A stretch of 64,000 nucleotides of DNA from an uncultured delta proteobacterium (GCA_963772835.1 CAVYYZ010000003.1:64001-128000); one strand, 5' to 3'. Counted from the first letter of the stretch, positions 41,994-51,662 are shown. Made by a program: numbers and translations. Notes: generated from the sequence alone by a model not told the origin.

Positions 41994-42524
41994 ATGAGAA
42001 TTAGACGCAGTTTGATCGCAACAGTGTTGCTGTTGCTGGTTGCCTCGATGGCGCTGGCCGAAGAAAAACGCTGGGTGTCCAGTGAGGGTACAACGCTCAA
42101 GTCAGAGGCGTCAGCCTCGTCCGAGAACGTTGTCGATGTGTCGGTAGGCACCGAAATAACTGTTGTTGAATCCGGCGGCCGCTGGCTGAAAGTAAAGACA
42201 GCAGCGGGAAAAGAAGGGTGGGTGTATGCAGGCCGTGTTTCAGAGACACCTCCGGTCGCCGAAGTTACCGGTGGAGATGGCGGTATTTTTGGTGACAGTA
42301 TGCAAAAGAGCCAGATCAATACAGCCAAGGCTGATAGTGCCCGCAGTATCCGGGGGCTTTCGCCTGAAACCGCCCAGTACGCAAAAGATCGCGGCACTCC
42401 GGAAATGTATAAAAAAGCGCTTGATATTGTACTGTTGCGAAAAGTAAGTGCCAAAGAGCTGAAAACATTTTTGAAAGATGGAAAAATTGGCGAATACGCC
42501 CTGGTTCAGGGGGGAAACAAATGA
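41994..42524 (+). CDS. Secreted SH3-domain protein
   Basis: AAGGAGG RBS; signal peptide ..ALA; GRWLKVKTAAGKEGWVY bacterial SH3 signature. Confidence 0.85.
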   Translation: MRIRRSLIATVLLLLVASMALAEEKRWVSSEGTTLKSEASASSENVVDVSVGTEITVVESGGRWLKVKTAAGKEGWVYAGRVSETPPVAEVTGGDGGIFGDSMQKSQINTAKADSARSIRGLSPETAQYAKDRGTPEMYKKALDIVLLRKVSAKELKTFLKDGKIGEYALVQGGNK

Positions 42525-43393
42525 GATATTCATTATTCTTTGCATTGATGGTTTTGACGCTCTCTGCGACATCCGCTTCTGCCGGTTTTTTTGATGAAGT
42601 TCAAAAATTTGTAAAGCCGGATTCAAAAGAGGGCAAAATATTTTCGGGAGCAACCCAGGTATTATCAAGCTCAAAGGAAATTGACTATAAGACCGAACGG
42701 ACCATTGGTGAAAGTCTGGCGTTGGAAGGGTTGCAGCGCTTTGGAAATCCGGTTAAAAGCGAATCGCTGCAGCGGTATGTCAATCAGGTAGGAACCGCGG
42801 TTGCCGCAAACAGCAAGCGCTCAACGATCCCATACCAGTTTGCGGTACTGGACAGCAAGGTGCAGAACGCCTTTGCGGTTCCGGGTGGTGTTATCTTCAT
42901 CAGTCGCGCTCTGGTCTCCATTCTGGACGATGAGGCAGAACTGGCTGCGGTACTGGCCCACGAAGTCGGTCACGTGTCTGAAAAACACGCGCTGAAGAGC
43001 ACCCAGCGAGCCCAGTTCATGCAGGGCGTCGGGACGATCACTGCTGCAAGCCTTGGAGGGAGTAAAGGGAAGCAGTTTGCCGCGGCCATAGGTGACATGC
43101 AGGCCGTTCTGTTCGACAAGGGACTTGACAAGGAGATGGAATTTGAAGCCGATGCGGCCGCTATGGAGACGACCTATCGCACCGGATATGATCCTTCTGC
43201 TATGATCAGGGTACTGGAGAAGCTACAGAAACTGGAGGCAGCAAGCAAGGACAAGAAAGGATCGTGGTTCTCGACACACCCACCGCTTGCAGATCGCATT
43301 GCCAAACTTCAGGCGCAGTTGCAAAAGTATCCCGACTATTCTTCGCTGGCACGTGTGCATGACCGGTTTGTAAAAACTGTGACGGTGAAATAG
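42521..43393 (+). CDS. Exported M48 family zinc metalloprotease
   Basis: Signal peptide; NAFAVPGG, LAHEVGH, EFEAD, STHPP..DRI; ATGA overlap with the SH3 gene. Confidence 0.92.
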   Translation: MRYSLFFALMVLTLSATSASAGFFDEVQKFVKPDSKEGKIFSGATQVLSSSKEIDYKTERTIGESLALEGLQRFGNPVKSESLQRYVNQVGTAVAANSKRSTIPYQFAVLDSKVQNAFAVPGGVIFISRALVSILDDEAELAAVLAHEVGHVSEKHALKSTQRAQFMQGVGTITAASLGGSKGKQFAAAIGDMQAVLFDKGLDKEMEFEADAAAMETTYRTGYDPSAMIRVLEKLQKLEAASKDKKGSWFSTHPPLADRIAKLQAQLQKYPDYSSLARVHDRFVKTVTVK

Positions 43394-43535
43394 TCCGGCT
43401 GTTATTTTGATTCAGAGTAAAAAGACATTTCCCCCCTGTGCGCCGGCTCTGTCGTCTGCAGGGGGGTCTGCTTTTCACAGGCCGTAATCCCTGTTTTCGT
43501 ATGGCTTAAACCCTCAGTTTTCGAGCAATTATGAT

Positions 43536-43565
43536 TTGACAAGCGAGCTCAAAAAAATGTATACA
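43536..43565 (+). promoter_or_regulatory. Sigma70-like acnB promoter overlapped by TGTATACA palindrome
   Basis: TTGACA 43536-43541, 18-nt spacer, TATACA; palindrome at 43558-43565. Confidence 0.6.
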
Positions 43566-43638
43566 GTATGCGATTTACACGTGCGTTTTTACGGCTCGTA
43601 ACCACCGCAGAATATATCAAGCGAAGGAGGAACAGTAG

Positions 43639-46170
43639 ATGATTGAAGCGTATCTTGCACATGAAAAGGAGAGGGCGGCCCAAGGCATACCCGCGCTCCC
43701 GCTGACCCCTGAACAGACCACCGGACTGTGTGAATTGCTGGTTAGTCCCCCTGCAGGAAAAGAAGCGTTCCTGCTTACCCTGATCAAGGATCGTGTCTCT
43801 CCCGGAGTTGATCCTGCTGCCGAAGTCAAAGCAGCGTTCCTTGCTAAAATCGTCTCCGGTACGAAGAAATCACCGCTGATAACTCAGGTTGATGCGATCC
43901 GTATGCTCGGTACCATGATGGGCGGCTACAACGTAGCCCCGCTGGTCGATGCACTGACAAACGCCGCTCTGGCTGACGAAGCAGCCTGCGCCCTGTCCGG
44001 CATGACCCTCGTATATGACGGCTTCGATAAAGTTGTAGAGCTTTCGGCAACGAATGCTGCCGCTAAAAAAGTTCTTACCTCCTGGGCAAACGCCGACTGG
44101 TTCACCAACAAACCAAGCCTGGCTGATATCATCAAAGTCAAGGTGTACAAGGTCGAAGGCGAAATCAACACCGACGACTTCTCACCTGCAGGCGATGCCT
44201 GGAGTCGCCCTGACATTCCGCTGCATGCTTTGGCAATGGGTAAGACCCGTTTTCCCGATGGCCTTGCAACAATTGCCAAATTCCGCGCTGACGGATTTCA
44301 GGTCGCATTTGTCGGTGACGTTGTCGGCACCGGTTCTTCACGTAAATCCGCGTGTAATTCGGTTCTCTGGTGCATCGGCCAGGATATCCCCTGCGTACCG
44401 AACAAAAAGACTGCCGGCGTCATCATCGGCAGCGTCATCGCCCCGATTTTTTTCAACACCGCCCAGGATTCCGGCGCACTGCCGCTGAAGGCTGATGTTT
44501 CCAGGATGAATACCGGTGATGTGATCGTTATCGACACCAAAAAAGGGCAGATCACAAGTGAAGCGGGCGAGCTCCTCTCCACATTCCAGATTGCCCCGAA
44601 CACAATCGCCGACGAATTCCGTGCCGGAGGCCGTATACCCCTGATCATCGGCCGCGCCGTCACCGACCGCGCCCGTGCTGCGCTCGGCCTCGGCGCCACT
44701 GATATCTTTACCCTGCCGGTAAACCCGGTTCCGAAAGCGGGCCAGGGATACACCCAGGCGCAGAAAATGGTCGGTCAGGCCTGCGGTGTTGCCGGCATCC
44801 TGCCCGGTACCGCCTGCGAGCCAAAAATGACCACGGTCGGCAGTCAGGACACGACCGGTCCGATGACCGCCGACGAGCTGAAAGAGCTCGCCTGCCTCAA
44901 ATTTCTGTCACCGATGTTCATGCAGTCGTTCTGCCACACCGCCGCCTATCCGAAACCGGCCGACGTCAAGATGCATAAAACCCTGCCTGACTTCATCATC
45001 GAGCGCGGCGGCGTACCGCTGAAGCCGGGCGACGGCGTTATTCACTCCTGGCTGAACCGCCTGCTTCTCCCCGATACCGTCGGTACCGGCGGCGATTCCC
45101 ACACCCGTTTCCCGATCGGCATCTCCTTCCCGGCCGGTTCCGGTCTTGTTGCGTTTGCCGGTGCCATGGGTTTCATGCCGCTTGATATGCCGGAATCAGT
45201 TCTGGTCCGTTTCAAGGGGAAGCTCAACCCGGGTATGACCCTGCGTGATGCGGTCAATGCGATTCCCTACTGGGCAATCAAGCAGGGACATCTGACCGTG
45301 CCGAAGAAGAACAAGGTCAATATCTTTAACGGCCGCATTCTGGAAATGGAAGGACTCCCCGATCTGTCCGTAGAGCAGGCGTTCGAACTGACCGACGCCG
45401 CTGCCGAGCGCTCTGCCGCAGCCGGCTGCATAAAGCTTTCTGAGGCTTCTGTTGCGACATATCTCCGCTCCAATGTGGCGCTGATGAAGAATATGATCAA
45501 GGAAGGGTACCAGGACGCTCAGACGCTGCAGAATCGCATCGATGCCGTCAATGAATGGCTGAAAGCTCCCAAGCTGCTGGAAGCCGACAAAAACGCCGAA
45601 TATGCCGCGATCATCGAGATCGATCTGGCGGAGATCACCGAGCCGATTCTGGCCTGCCCGAATGACCCTGACGATGTCAAGCTCCTTTCTGACGTTGCCG
45701 GTACCCAGATCCAGGACGTGTTCCTCGGTTCCTGCATGACCAATATCGGTCACTTCCGCGCTGCAGCCGAAATCTGGCGTGGCCAGAAGTTCAATCCGGC
45801 AGTCCGTACCTGGATCTGCCCGCCGACCCGCATGGATCAGGTGAAGCTGAAAGATGAGGCCTGCTTTGCAGTCTACAGCGCCTTCGGTGCCCGCATCGAA
45901 ATCGCCGGCTGCTCGCTCTGCATGGGCAACCAGGCGCGCGTACCGGACGGGGTCAACATGTACTCCACCTCGACCCGTAACTTCGATGATCGTATCGGCA
46001 ACGGCGCCAGAGTATACCTCGGTTCCGCCGAGCTGGGGGCAGTAACGGCTCTGCTTGGAAGACTGCCGCAACCGGCCGAGTTCCTCGAAATCTACAAAGA
46101 GAAGATCGAACCGAACAAGGAAAAGATCTACAAGTATCTGCAGTTTGATGAGATGCCAGAATACAAGTAA
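43639..46170 (+). CDS. acnB: Aconitate hydratase B
   Basis: RVSPGVDPAA, GTGSSRKSA, GSQDTTGPMT, GGDSHTRFP, GSCMTNIG, GCSLCMGNQARV. Confidence 0.98.
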   Translation: MIEAYLAHEKERAAQGIPALPLTPEQTTGLCELLVSPPAGKEAFLLTLIKDRVSPGVDPAAEVKAAFLAKIVSGTKKSPLITQVDAIRMLGTMMGGYNVAPLVDALTNAALADEAACALSGMTLVYDGFDKVVELSATNAAAKKVLTSWANADWFTNKPSLADIIKVKVYKVEGEINTDDFSPAGDAWSRPDIPLHALAMGKTRFPDGLATIAKFRADGFQVAFVGDVVGTGSSRKSACNSVLWCIGQDIPCVPNKKTAGVIIGSVIAPIFFNTAQDSGALPLKADVSRMNTGDVIVIDTKKGQITSEAGELLSTFQIAPNTIADEFRAGGRIPLIIGRAVTDRARAALGLGATDIFTLPVNPVPKAGQGYTQAQKMVGQACGVAGILPGTACEPKMTTVGSQDTTGPMTADELKELACLKFLSPMFMQSFCHTAAYPKPADVKMHKTLPDFIIERGGVPLKPGDGVIHSWLNRLLLPDTVGTGGDSHTRFPIGISFPAGSGLVAFAGAMGFMPLDMPESVLVRFKGKLNPGMTLRDAVNAIPYWAIKQGHLTVPKKNKVNIFNGRILEMEGLPDLSVEQAFELTDAAAERSAAAGCIKLSEASVATYLRSNVALMKNMIKEGYQDAQTLQNRIDAVNEWLKAPKLLEADKNAEYAAIIEIDLAEITEPILACPNDPDDVKLLSDVAGTQIQDVFLGSCMTNIGHFRAAAEIWRGQKFNPAVRTWICPPTRMDQVKLKDEACFAVYSAFGARIEIAGCSLCMGNQARVPDGVNMYSTSTRNFDDRIGNGARVYLGSAELGAVTALLGRLPQPAEFLEIYKEKIEPNKEKIYKYLQFDEMPEYK

Positions 46171-46206
46171 TACCAGAGAGTTAATTTAATATGTGTAAGC
46201 TTTGAT

Positions 46207-46250
46207 ACAACAAACCCCCGCCCGGCAGTGCCCGGCGGGGGTTTGTTGTT
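46207..46250. terminator. Bidirectional terminator
   Basis: acaacaaacccccgcc...ggcgggggtttgttgt. Confidence 0.75.
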
Positions 46251-46331
46251 CAGACCTGCTGTTATTGATCTTTTTATGTATAAGGAGAGCTGTACCAAAG
46301 ATGACGCGAACCGCCGGGTTCAAGCAGGTGC

Positions 46332-46706
46332 CTATCGTTTTTTCCGTTGATCCAATGTACCCCTGCATTCAGTCGATAGTTCCTGCTCATGCTCTTTCAG
46401 GCATTTGAATATGCGGCCGTTCCCCGGTTTCACATCATTGCAGAACTGCGCAGCATCTTTCTGACATGCCTGAATAGCTTCTTTCATCTTACTTTTCACC
46501 TCTTCTCCACGGGCTTTGCAAGCTGCCGACAACTCGTTCTCATGCTCTTTCAGACATTTTGCTATCCGACCGCCTCCCGGTGTAACATCTGCACAAAACC
46601 GTGCGACATCCTCCTTGCACGGTCTTCCGTCAGCAGCCTGGGTGTCACTGCAGAACAACGGCAGTGACAATATGCAAAGAACCGGTATAACAGTGAAGTA
46701 CTTCAT
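46332..46706 (-). CDS. Secreted cysteine-rich repeat protein
   Basis: Signal peptide; two C..D...FC..V.PG.GRI.KCLKEHE.ELS..C repeats; GAGGAGG RBS. Confidence 0.85.
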   Translation of the reverse strand: MKYFTVIPVLCILSLPLFCSDTQAADGRPCKEDVARFCADVTPGGGRIAKCLKEHENELSAACKARGEEVKSKMKEAIQACQKDAAQFCNDVKPGNGRIFKCLKEHEQELSTECRGTLDQRKKR

Positions 46707-46988
46707 CTCATCCTCCTCGTCCATTTAAGCTGTAGTCACGCTCGGTTTATTGTATCGAATTTAATCAGTTTCACAAACCTGGAAATGAATGAGTTTAGTA
46801 TTATTCATCGTTACCTGAACGTGTAGGGCAATTCATAAATGAAAAACTTGAGTTTGATATGTTGTCGGCGTATCAAAAACAGACGTTTTGGCGTATCAGG
46901 ACAAGGTTTCTGCTTGCCATCGTAACTCTCATAGAGTACCCGTACTATTATTCGTGTGAACATTCAGGCATGGGTAAGGGAGCTTCAA

Positions 46989-47597
46989 ATGCAAACGGTG
47001 ATTAAACATCTCAAGGGGACTTTTCTGGCCGGGATTTTTATCGTTATCCCGGTCGGGATAACCATTTTCATTCTTAAATTTCTTTTTAATTTTGCTGACG
47101 GAATTCTTGGGAGTAACCTGGACAGCATGATGGTTTACTACGGTCGGAGCGGCGGGCATATTCCCGGCATCGGCATGATCACCGCCGCTCTGGTGATTTA
47201 TCTGGCCGGTCTTGTTGCCACGAATGTTCTTGGGAAACGTTTACTGAAATCCGGCGAGAATCTTCTTACGCGCATCCCGCTGGTCAAGTCAATCTACACC
47301 TCAAGCAAGCAGCTGACCAAGGTCTTTAAAGAAGGTGGCTCTTCCTACCGACGTGCGGTTTTTGTCGAATGGCCCCGTCCCGGAGTAAGAGCCGTGGGGT
47401 TTGTGACGGCCGAAGTTGAGCGGAATGGTGAGAGCTTTGTTGTGGTCTACATACCGACCATGCCGAATCCGACGTCCGGTTTTGCACTCTGGTTTCTTGA
47501 GTGCGATGTGTACGAGAGCGGCATGACAGTTGAGGACGCAGTTAAATTCGTTGTCTCTGGCGGGGTAGTGATACCGTGGGAGGTCAAAGGGATATAG
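46989..47597 (+). CDS. DUF502 family membrane protein
   Basis: RIPLVKSIY, VYIPTMPNPTSGF, AVKFVVSGG. Confidence 0.9.
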   Translation: MQTVIKHLKGTFLAGIFIVIPVGITIFILKFLFNFADGILGSNLDSMMVYYGRSGGHIPGIGMITAALVIYLAGLVATNVLGKRLLKSGENLLTRIPLVKSIYTSSKQLTKVFKEGGSSYRRAVFVEWPRPGVRAVGFVTAEVERNGESFVVVYIPTMPNPTSGFALWFLECDVYESGMTVEDAVKFVVSGGVVIPWEVKGI

Positions 47598-47818
47598 CGG
47601 GAGAAGAACATTTGTAATCAAATTGATATTCAGTCATAGAGTGATTTGTGCTATAAGTTTCGGAATATGAAAAGAAATATTCACGTGTCACATGATTTCA
47701 AGCATCTGGAATCTTCTGAAAATGTTCTCACGTTCATGGTTTCGCCAATGATGGAAAGCAGGAGAGGATTCAGAATAGTCTGACGTGCATTACCATAATC
47801 TTCGCGTAGGAGTTGTAC

Positions 47819-48349
47819 ATGGTGCAGGTATCTGACAATCAGGGTGTTTCTGGCAGCAGTGGATTTAGTCGGACCGTGTCGCTATTGTTATGGTGTGCCG
47901 TAGTTACCGGTTTGGCGGTCTCTGCTTTTACTGTGGTGGAGGAGTTATGTCTTGCTACTGCGTGCAGGGACACAGCAAGTTTTACCTTCTTCGGGCTCGG
48001 TATTGGATGGTTTGGTATCGTATATTTCAGTTTCATTCTGCTTTTTCTCTGGTTGCGGTTCAAAATTCACCTGATGGCCTGGGTTCCTACTGCAATGATC
48101 TTTTCCGGAATCGGTGCCGAATTTCGCTTTCTCTGGATACAAAAATTTATTATCGGCAGTTGGTGTCCTCTCTGTGTCACAGTCTGTTTTGCACTGATCT
48201 TTGCAGCCCTGGCACTGTTAATCGAAAAAATACTGAAGGTACAGTCAGGTAAGCAGAGTAGAAAAAACCTCTCTGGGTGGCTGGTCTTTGTAGTCATAAT
48301 GATTGCCGCCGGTTTTGCGGTAGCTTTTGTCGGTGTGCAAGCTCTGTGA
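47819..48349 (+). CDS. VKOR-like (vitamin K epoxide reductase family) membrane thiol-disulfide protein
   Basis: Loop Cys pair (CLATAC) and WCPLC at the start of a TM helix; 4-5 TM segments. Confidence 0.7.
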   Translation: MVQVSDNQGVSGSSGFSRTVSLLLWCAVVTGLAVSAFTVVEELCLATACRDTASFTFFGLGIGWFGIVYFSFILLFLWLRFKIHLMAWVPTAMIFSGIGAEFRFLWIQKFIIGSWCPLCVTVCFALIFAALALLIEKILKVQSGKQSRKNLSGWLVFVVIMIAAGFAVAFVGVQAL

Positions 48350-48449
48350 GTTATTGAAAAAGTGAAACCGTCTGGTATTGAGACAATTATCGAACTTCTT
48401 AAACAGCCGCAAAACAGTAATTCATCGTTGCCATATTGGAGCTCACGGG

Positions 48450-49511
48450 ATGACCGATAAACAGCCGGATACAGTTACAAAACTGCTGGAACGGCGTAAT
48501 GAAGAGCTGGCGTCAATGATCGAAATTGGCAAAGCGCTGACCTCCAGCCTGGATATCCACGCCATTCTTGAGGCTATTATGAAGCAGGTTGAGCGGCTGA
48601 TAAAGCCCAAATCCTGGTCGCTTCTTCTGGTCGACAGCCTGTCCGGTGACCTGGTTTTTGAAATTGCCGTTTCTACGGTGTCTGAACAGTTAATGGGTGT
48701 TCGTCTCAAGCGGGGGAAGGGGATCGCCGGATGGGTTGCGGAACACGGGGAATCGCTTCTGATTCCGGATGTAAGCAAAGATGCCAGATTTGCAGGTGAT
48801 TTTGATCAGAAGTTGTTGTTTACCACGCGTTCAATTGTATGTGTGCCGATGAAAATTAAGGATCAGGTCATGGGGGTTATTGAGCTGATCAATAGTTTTG
48901 AGGAACTCGACTTTGATGAAAGTGATATCCAGCTTATTTCTGTAATTGCCGATTTTGCCGCGATCGCGCTTGAAAATGCCCGTAACTACAAACGAATCAA
49001 TGAACTGGTGATTACAGATGACCTGACTGGATTATATAATTCCCGACAGTTTGGGAAGTTGATTGAAAACGAAGTTCAGCGCTGCGGGCGATATGGGGAA
49101 AAGTTCTCACTTATTTTTCTTGATCTTGACCGTTTTAAAGAAATCAATGATACCCATGGCCACCTGGTCGGGAGCCGGATGCTGGGAGAATTTGGCAAGC
49201 TGGTCGGAAAACAAATACGAGTTTCTGACATGGCAGCCCGTTATGGCGGGGATGAATTTGCGATTATTCTTCCACAAACCGGAAAAGAGCAGGGGATCTA
49301 TATGGCTGATAAGCTTCTGGATGCCATGAAAGAGGCGTGTTTTGTTTCTGACGAGAAGGTTCCAATAACGCTGACGGCCAGTTTTGGTGTCGCTACATAT
49401 CCGGATGATGGAGATGGTCGGGCTGCTCTGATCAAGGCTGCCGATAGTGCGATGTATGATGCCAAAGCAAGTGGAAGGGCAGGGGTCAGGGGGTTTTGTT
49501 TCGAGGGATAA
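48450..49511 (+). CDS. GAF-GGDEF diguanylate cyclase
   Basis: GAF (GIAGWVA, SIVCVP), DDLTGLYN, RxxD I-site (RVSD), intact RYGGDEF. Confidence 0.93.
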   Translation: MTDKQPDTVTKLLERRNEELASMIEIGKALTSSLDIHAILEAIMKQVERLIKPKSWSLLLVDSLSGDLVFEIAVSTVSEQLMGVRLKRGKGIAGWVAEHGESLLIPDVSKDARFAGDFDQKLLFTTRSIVCVPMKIKDQVMGVIELINSFEELDFDESDIQLISVIADFAAIALENARNYKRINELVITDDLTGLYNSRQFGKLIENEVQRCGRYGEKFSLIFLDLDRFKEINDTHGHLVGSRMLGEFGKLVGKQIRVSDMAARYGGDEFAIILPQTGKEQGIYMADKLLDAMKEACFVSDEKVPITLTASFGVATYPDDGDGRAALIKAADSAMYDAKASGRAGVRGFCFEG

Positions 49512-49811
49512 TCGGATTGTTTTTGTATCGGACAAAAAGGCTTTAGGATAAGTAAGTTACCATTCCTGTCAGTTCCCTTGAATGAGGTATATCTTGGCAT
49601 TAGGTGGATACCATGGATCTCTTTAGAACGAGAAACTGGACTTGGTATGATATCGGACTACTGAAGTGGTGTTGTGTTCTCTTTGGAATGATTGCGGGTG
49701 CATATTTTCATGAGTTGGTAATGCAGAATGTATGGCTGGTATTTTTGTCGCAGTAATTCTGACGATCAGACCTGCATATGCTTACTTCAGGGAATAGTTG
49801 TCGGAGTCATT

Positions 49812-50021
49812 ATGAATCGAATGGTTTTTTTTTCAATCCTGTTAGCGATATGTTTTGCATTACAGGGATGTTCTTATCGGGCTTGGTACACTGGATTTCA
49901 AGATGAACAACGGCGAAAATGTTATGACAATCCGAACCAGACACAGATACAGCAGTGTTTGGACAGGGCTAACATGAGTTATGATGATTATGAAAAGTTT
50001 CGGAAGGATTCCAAAAAGTAG
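49812..50021 (+). CDS. Small lipoprotein with two-Cys motif
   Basis: Lipobox LQGC; GGAG RBS; paralog at 18450-18709. Confidence 0.75.
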   Translation: MNRMVFFSILLAICFALQGCSYRAWYTGFQDEQRRKCYDNPNQTQIQQCLDRANMSYDDYEKFRKDSKK

Positions 50022-50551
50022 GACAATAATAGGTAGGGGATTGCTCGTGTAAGGGATAACTCGACTTTGACATGATACTCTCATAAAAAAATTAATAACA
50101 GACTGTATTTTTATATAGGTAGGGATATACTTAAACCAGATAGAAAGTGTACATCTCAACAAAAGGAGGACTTACGCCGATGCAGACAGAGACTCCACCA
50201 GAGGATCACCAGACATAGGAATTATAATCACACCGAGTACCGCAAAACGGTGGCTCGGATATAGCCTAAAAGGTAAACAAATATCGTAAGAAAAAGAGAA
50301 CCCCACCGAATATACTTGGTGGGGTTTTTGTATTTGACAGTCGTTTTACAGGTTTTATCTAAAAAAAGCATGTATTTTATAACAAAAATCACCAACGCCG
50401 ATATGTTTGGCACCCTGGTCAATAGTAACAGTTGCTACCAGACCAGAACGGCAACCGGAGTGATCGTTCACAGTGCCGGCTGCTACTGACTTTTTTTCAA
50501 CTTGGTACATATCTGGTACATAAAATGAAATTACACGTTTTGAAATAGGAA

Positions 50552-50584
50552 AAAGGCTTTACAGGAAAAACCCGTAAAGCCTTT
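50552..50584. terminator. Hairpin immediately 3' of tRNA-Leu
   Basis: aaaggctttac ... gtaaagccttt. Confidence 0.6.
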
Positions 50585-50593
50585 ATTCATCGT

Positions 50594-50679
50594 TGGTAGC
50601 GGAGACCAGACTCGAACTGGTATGATCTTGCAATCGGCAGATTTTGAGTCTGCTGTGTCTACCATTTCACCACTCCGCC
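50594..50679 (-). tRNA. tRNA-Leu(CAA)
   Basis: GGCGGAG acceptor stem, anticodon arm GCAGA-CTCAAAA-TCTGC, long variable arm, ACCAG-TTCGAGT-CTGGT, encoded CCA. Confidence 0.96.
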
Positions 50680-50844
50680 AAGGGTGATACTTATAATTCA
50701 GACAACGTCACACGTCAAGGATTATTGCCGGATAATGATGCATTTTGTGCGCGTGACAGCAAATATGTATGTCAGTAGCAAATATGTATTGACAGAAATC
50801 CCTTTATCAATACATTAGTAAAAAAACATAAACTGGGGGTAACA

Positions 50845-51573
50845 ATGTTTAAAAAAAGTACTTGGGGAAAGCTCATTATCGTGCTGGCTCTTGTGGTAGC
50901 AGCTACAGGCCTGGCTTTTGCCACGGCCGGACATGATCCGGACGTAACGCCGGATGAAGCATTGCAAAGACTGGTTGATGGAAACAAGAGGTATGTAGAA
51001 AACCAGATGACAGGTGGTAAACTATGCGATGTAACAACCCGAACGAGTCTGGCAAAATCTCAGAAGCCGTATGCTATTATTCTGACCTGTTCAGATTCAC
51101 GCGTTCCTCCGGAAATTATTTTTGACAAGGGCCTTGGTGAGATCTTTGTAATCCGTGTTGCAGGCAATATCCCGGATCCGGTTGTTCTGGGAAGTGTTGA
51201 ATACGCGGCAGAGCACCTTGGATCTCCGCTGATCATGGTACTTGGTCATGAGCGATGCGGGGCAGTGGCAGCGACTGTAGGAGCTAAAGGGAAGAGCACC
51301 GGCAGTGCCAACATTGATGCCATTGTCAAAGTAATTGCTCCAAATGTCAAAACTGCGGCGAAGAATTGTGACGCCTGCAAAGGTGAAGTGAACTGCGCCG
51401 ATACCAGGAAAGACGCATTTTTGGAGTGTGTTGTCGACGCTAACGCCAAAACTGTTGCTGCAGGTCTGACAAAGAAATCAAACATACTCAAGCATCTTGT
51501 AGATGCACAAAAACTGAAAATTGTTGCTGCGAAGTACGATCTGGATGACGGGGTTGTTGCGTTGTTCAAATAA
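50845..51573 (+). CDS. Beta-class carbonic anhydrase with signal peptide
   Basis: CSDSRVPPE, RVAGN, GHERCGA zinc ligands; N-terminal signal peptide. Confidence 0.93.
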   Translation: MFKKSTWGKLIIVLALVVAATGLAFATAGHDPDVTPDEALQRLVDGNKRYVENQMTGGKLCDVTTRTSLAKSQKPYAIILTCSDSRVPPEIIFDKGLGEIFVIRVAGNIPDPVVLGSVEYAAEHLGSPLIMVLGHERCGAVAATVGAKGKSTGSANIDAIVKVIAPNVKTAAKNCDACKGEVNCADTRKDAFLECVVDANAKTVAAGLTKKSNILKHLVDAQKLKIVAAKYDLDDGVVALFK

Positions 51574-51601
51574 ACGTTGCATTTGAAGTGTATGCCCGAA
51601 T

Positions 51602-51638
51602 AAAAACAGCCGGCACTGTTGAGGTGCCGGCTGTTTTT
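51602..51638. terminator. Bidirectional terminator
   Basis: aaaaacagccggcac...gtgccggctgttttt. Confidence 0.8.
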
Positions 51639-51662
51639 GTTCGTTGCGGTATAAAAATTTGT

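Noticed and set aside
46867..46898. Direct repeat ggcgtatca twice between divergent genes
   Set aside because: Could be a regulator site, but a single 9-mer pair is not distinguishable from chance
50180..50218. 12-codon ORF MQTETPPEDHQT after AAGGAGGA
   Set aside because: Too short, SD spacing is long and there is no motif; cannot be supported
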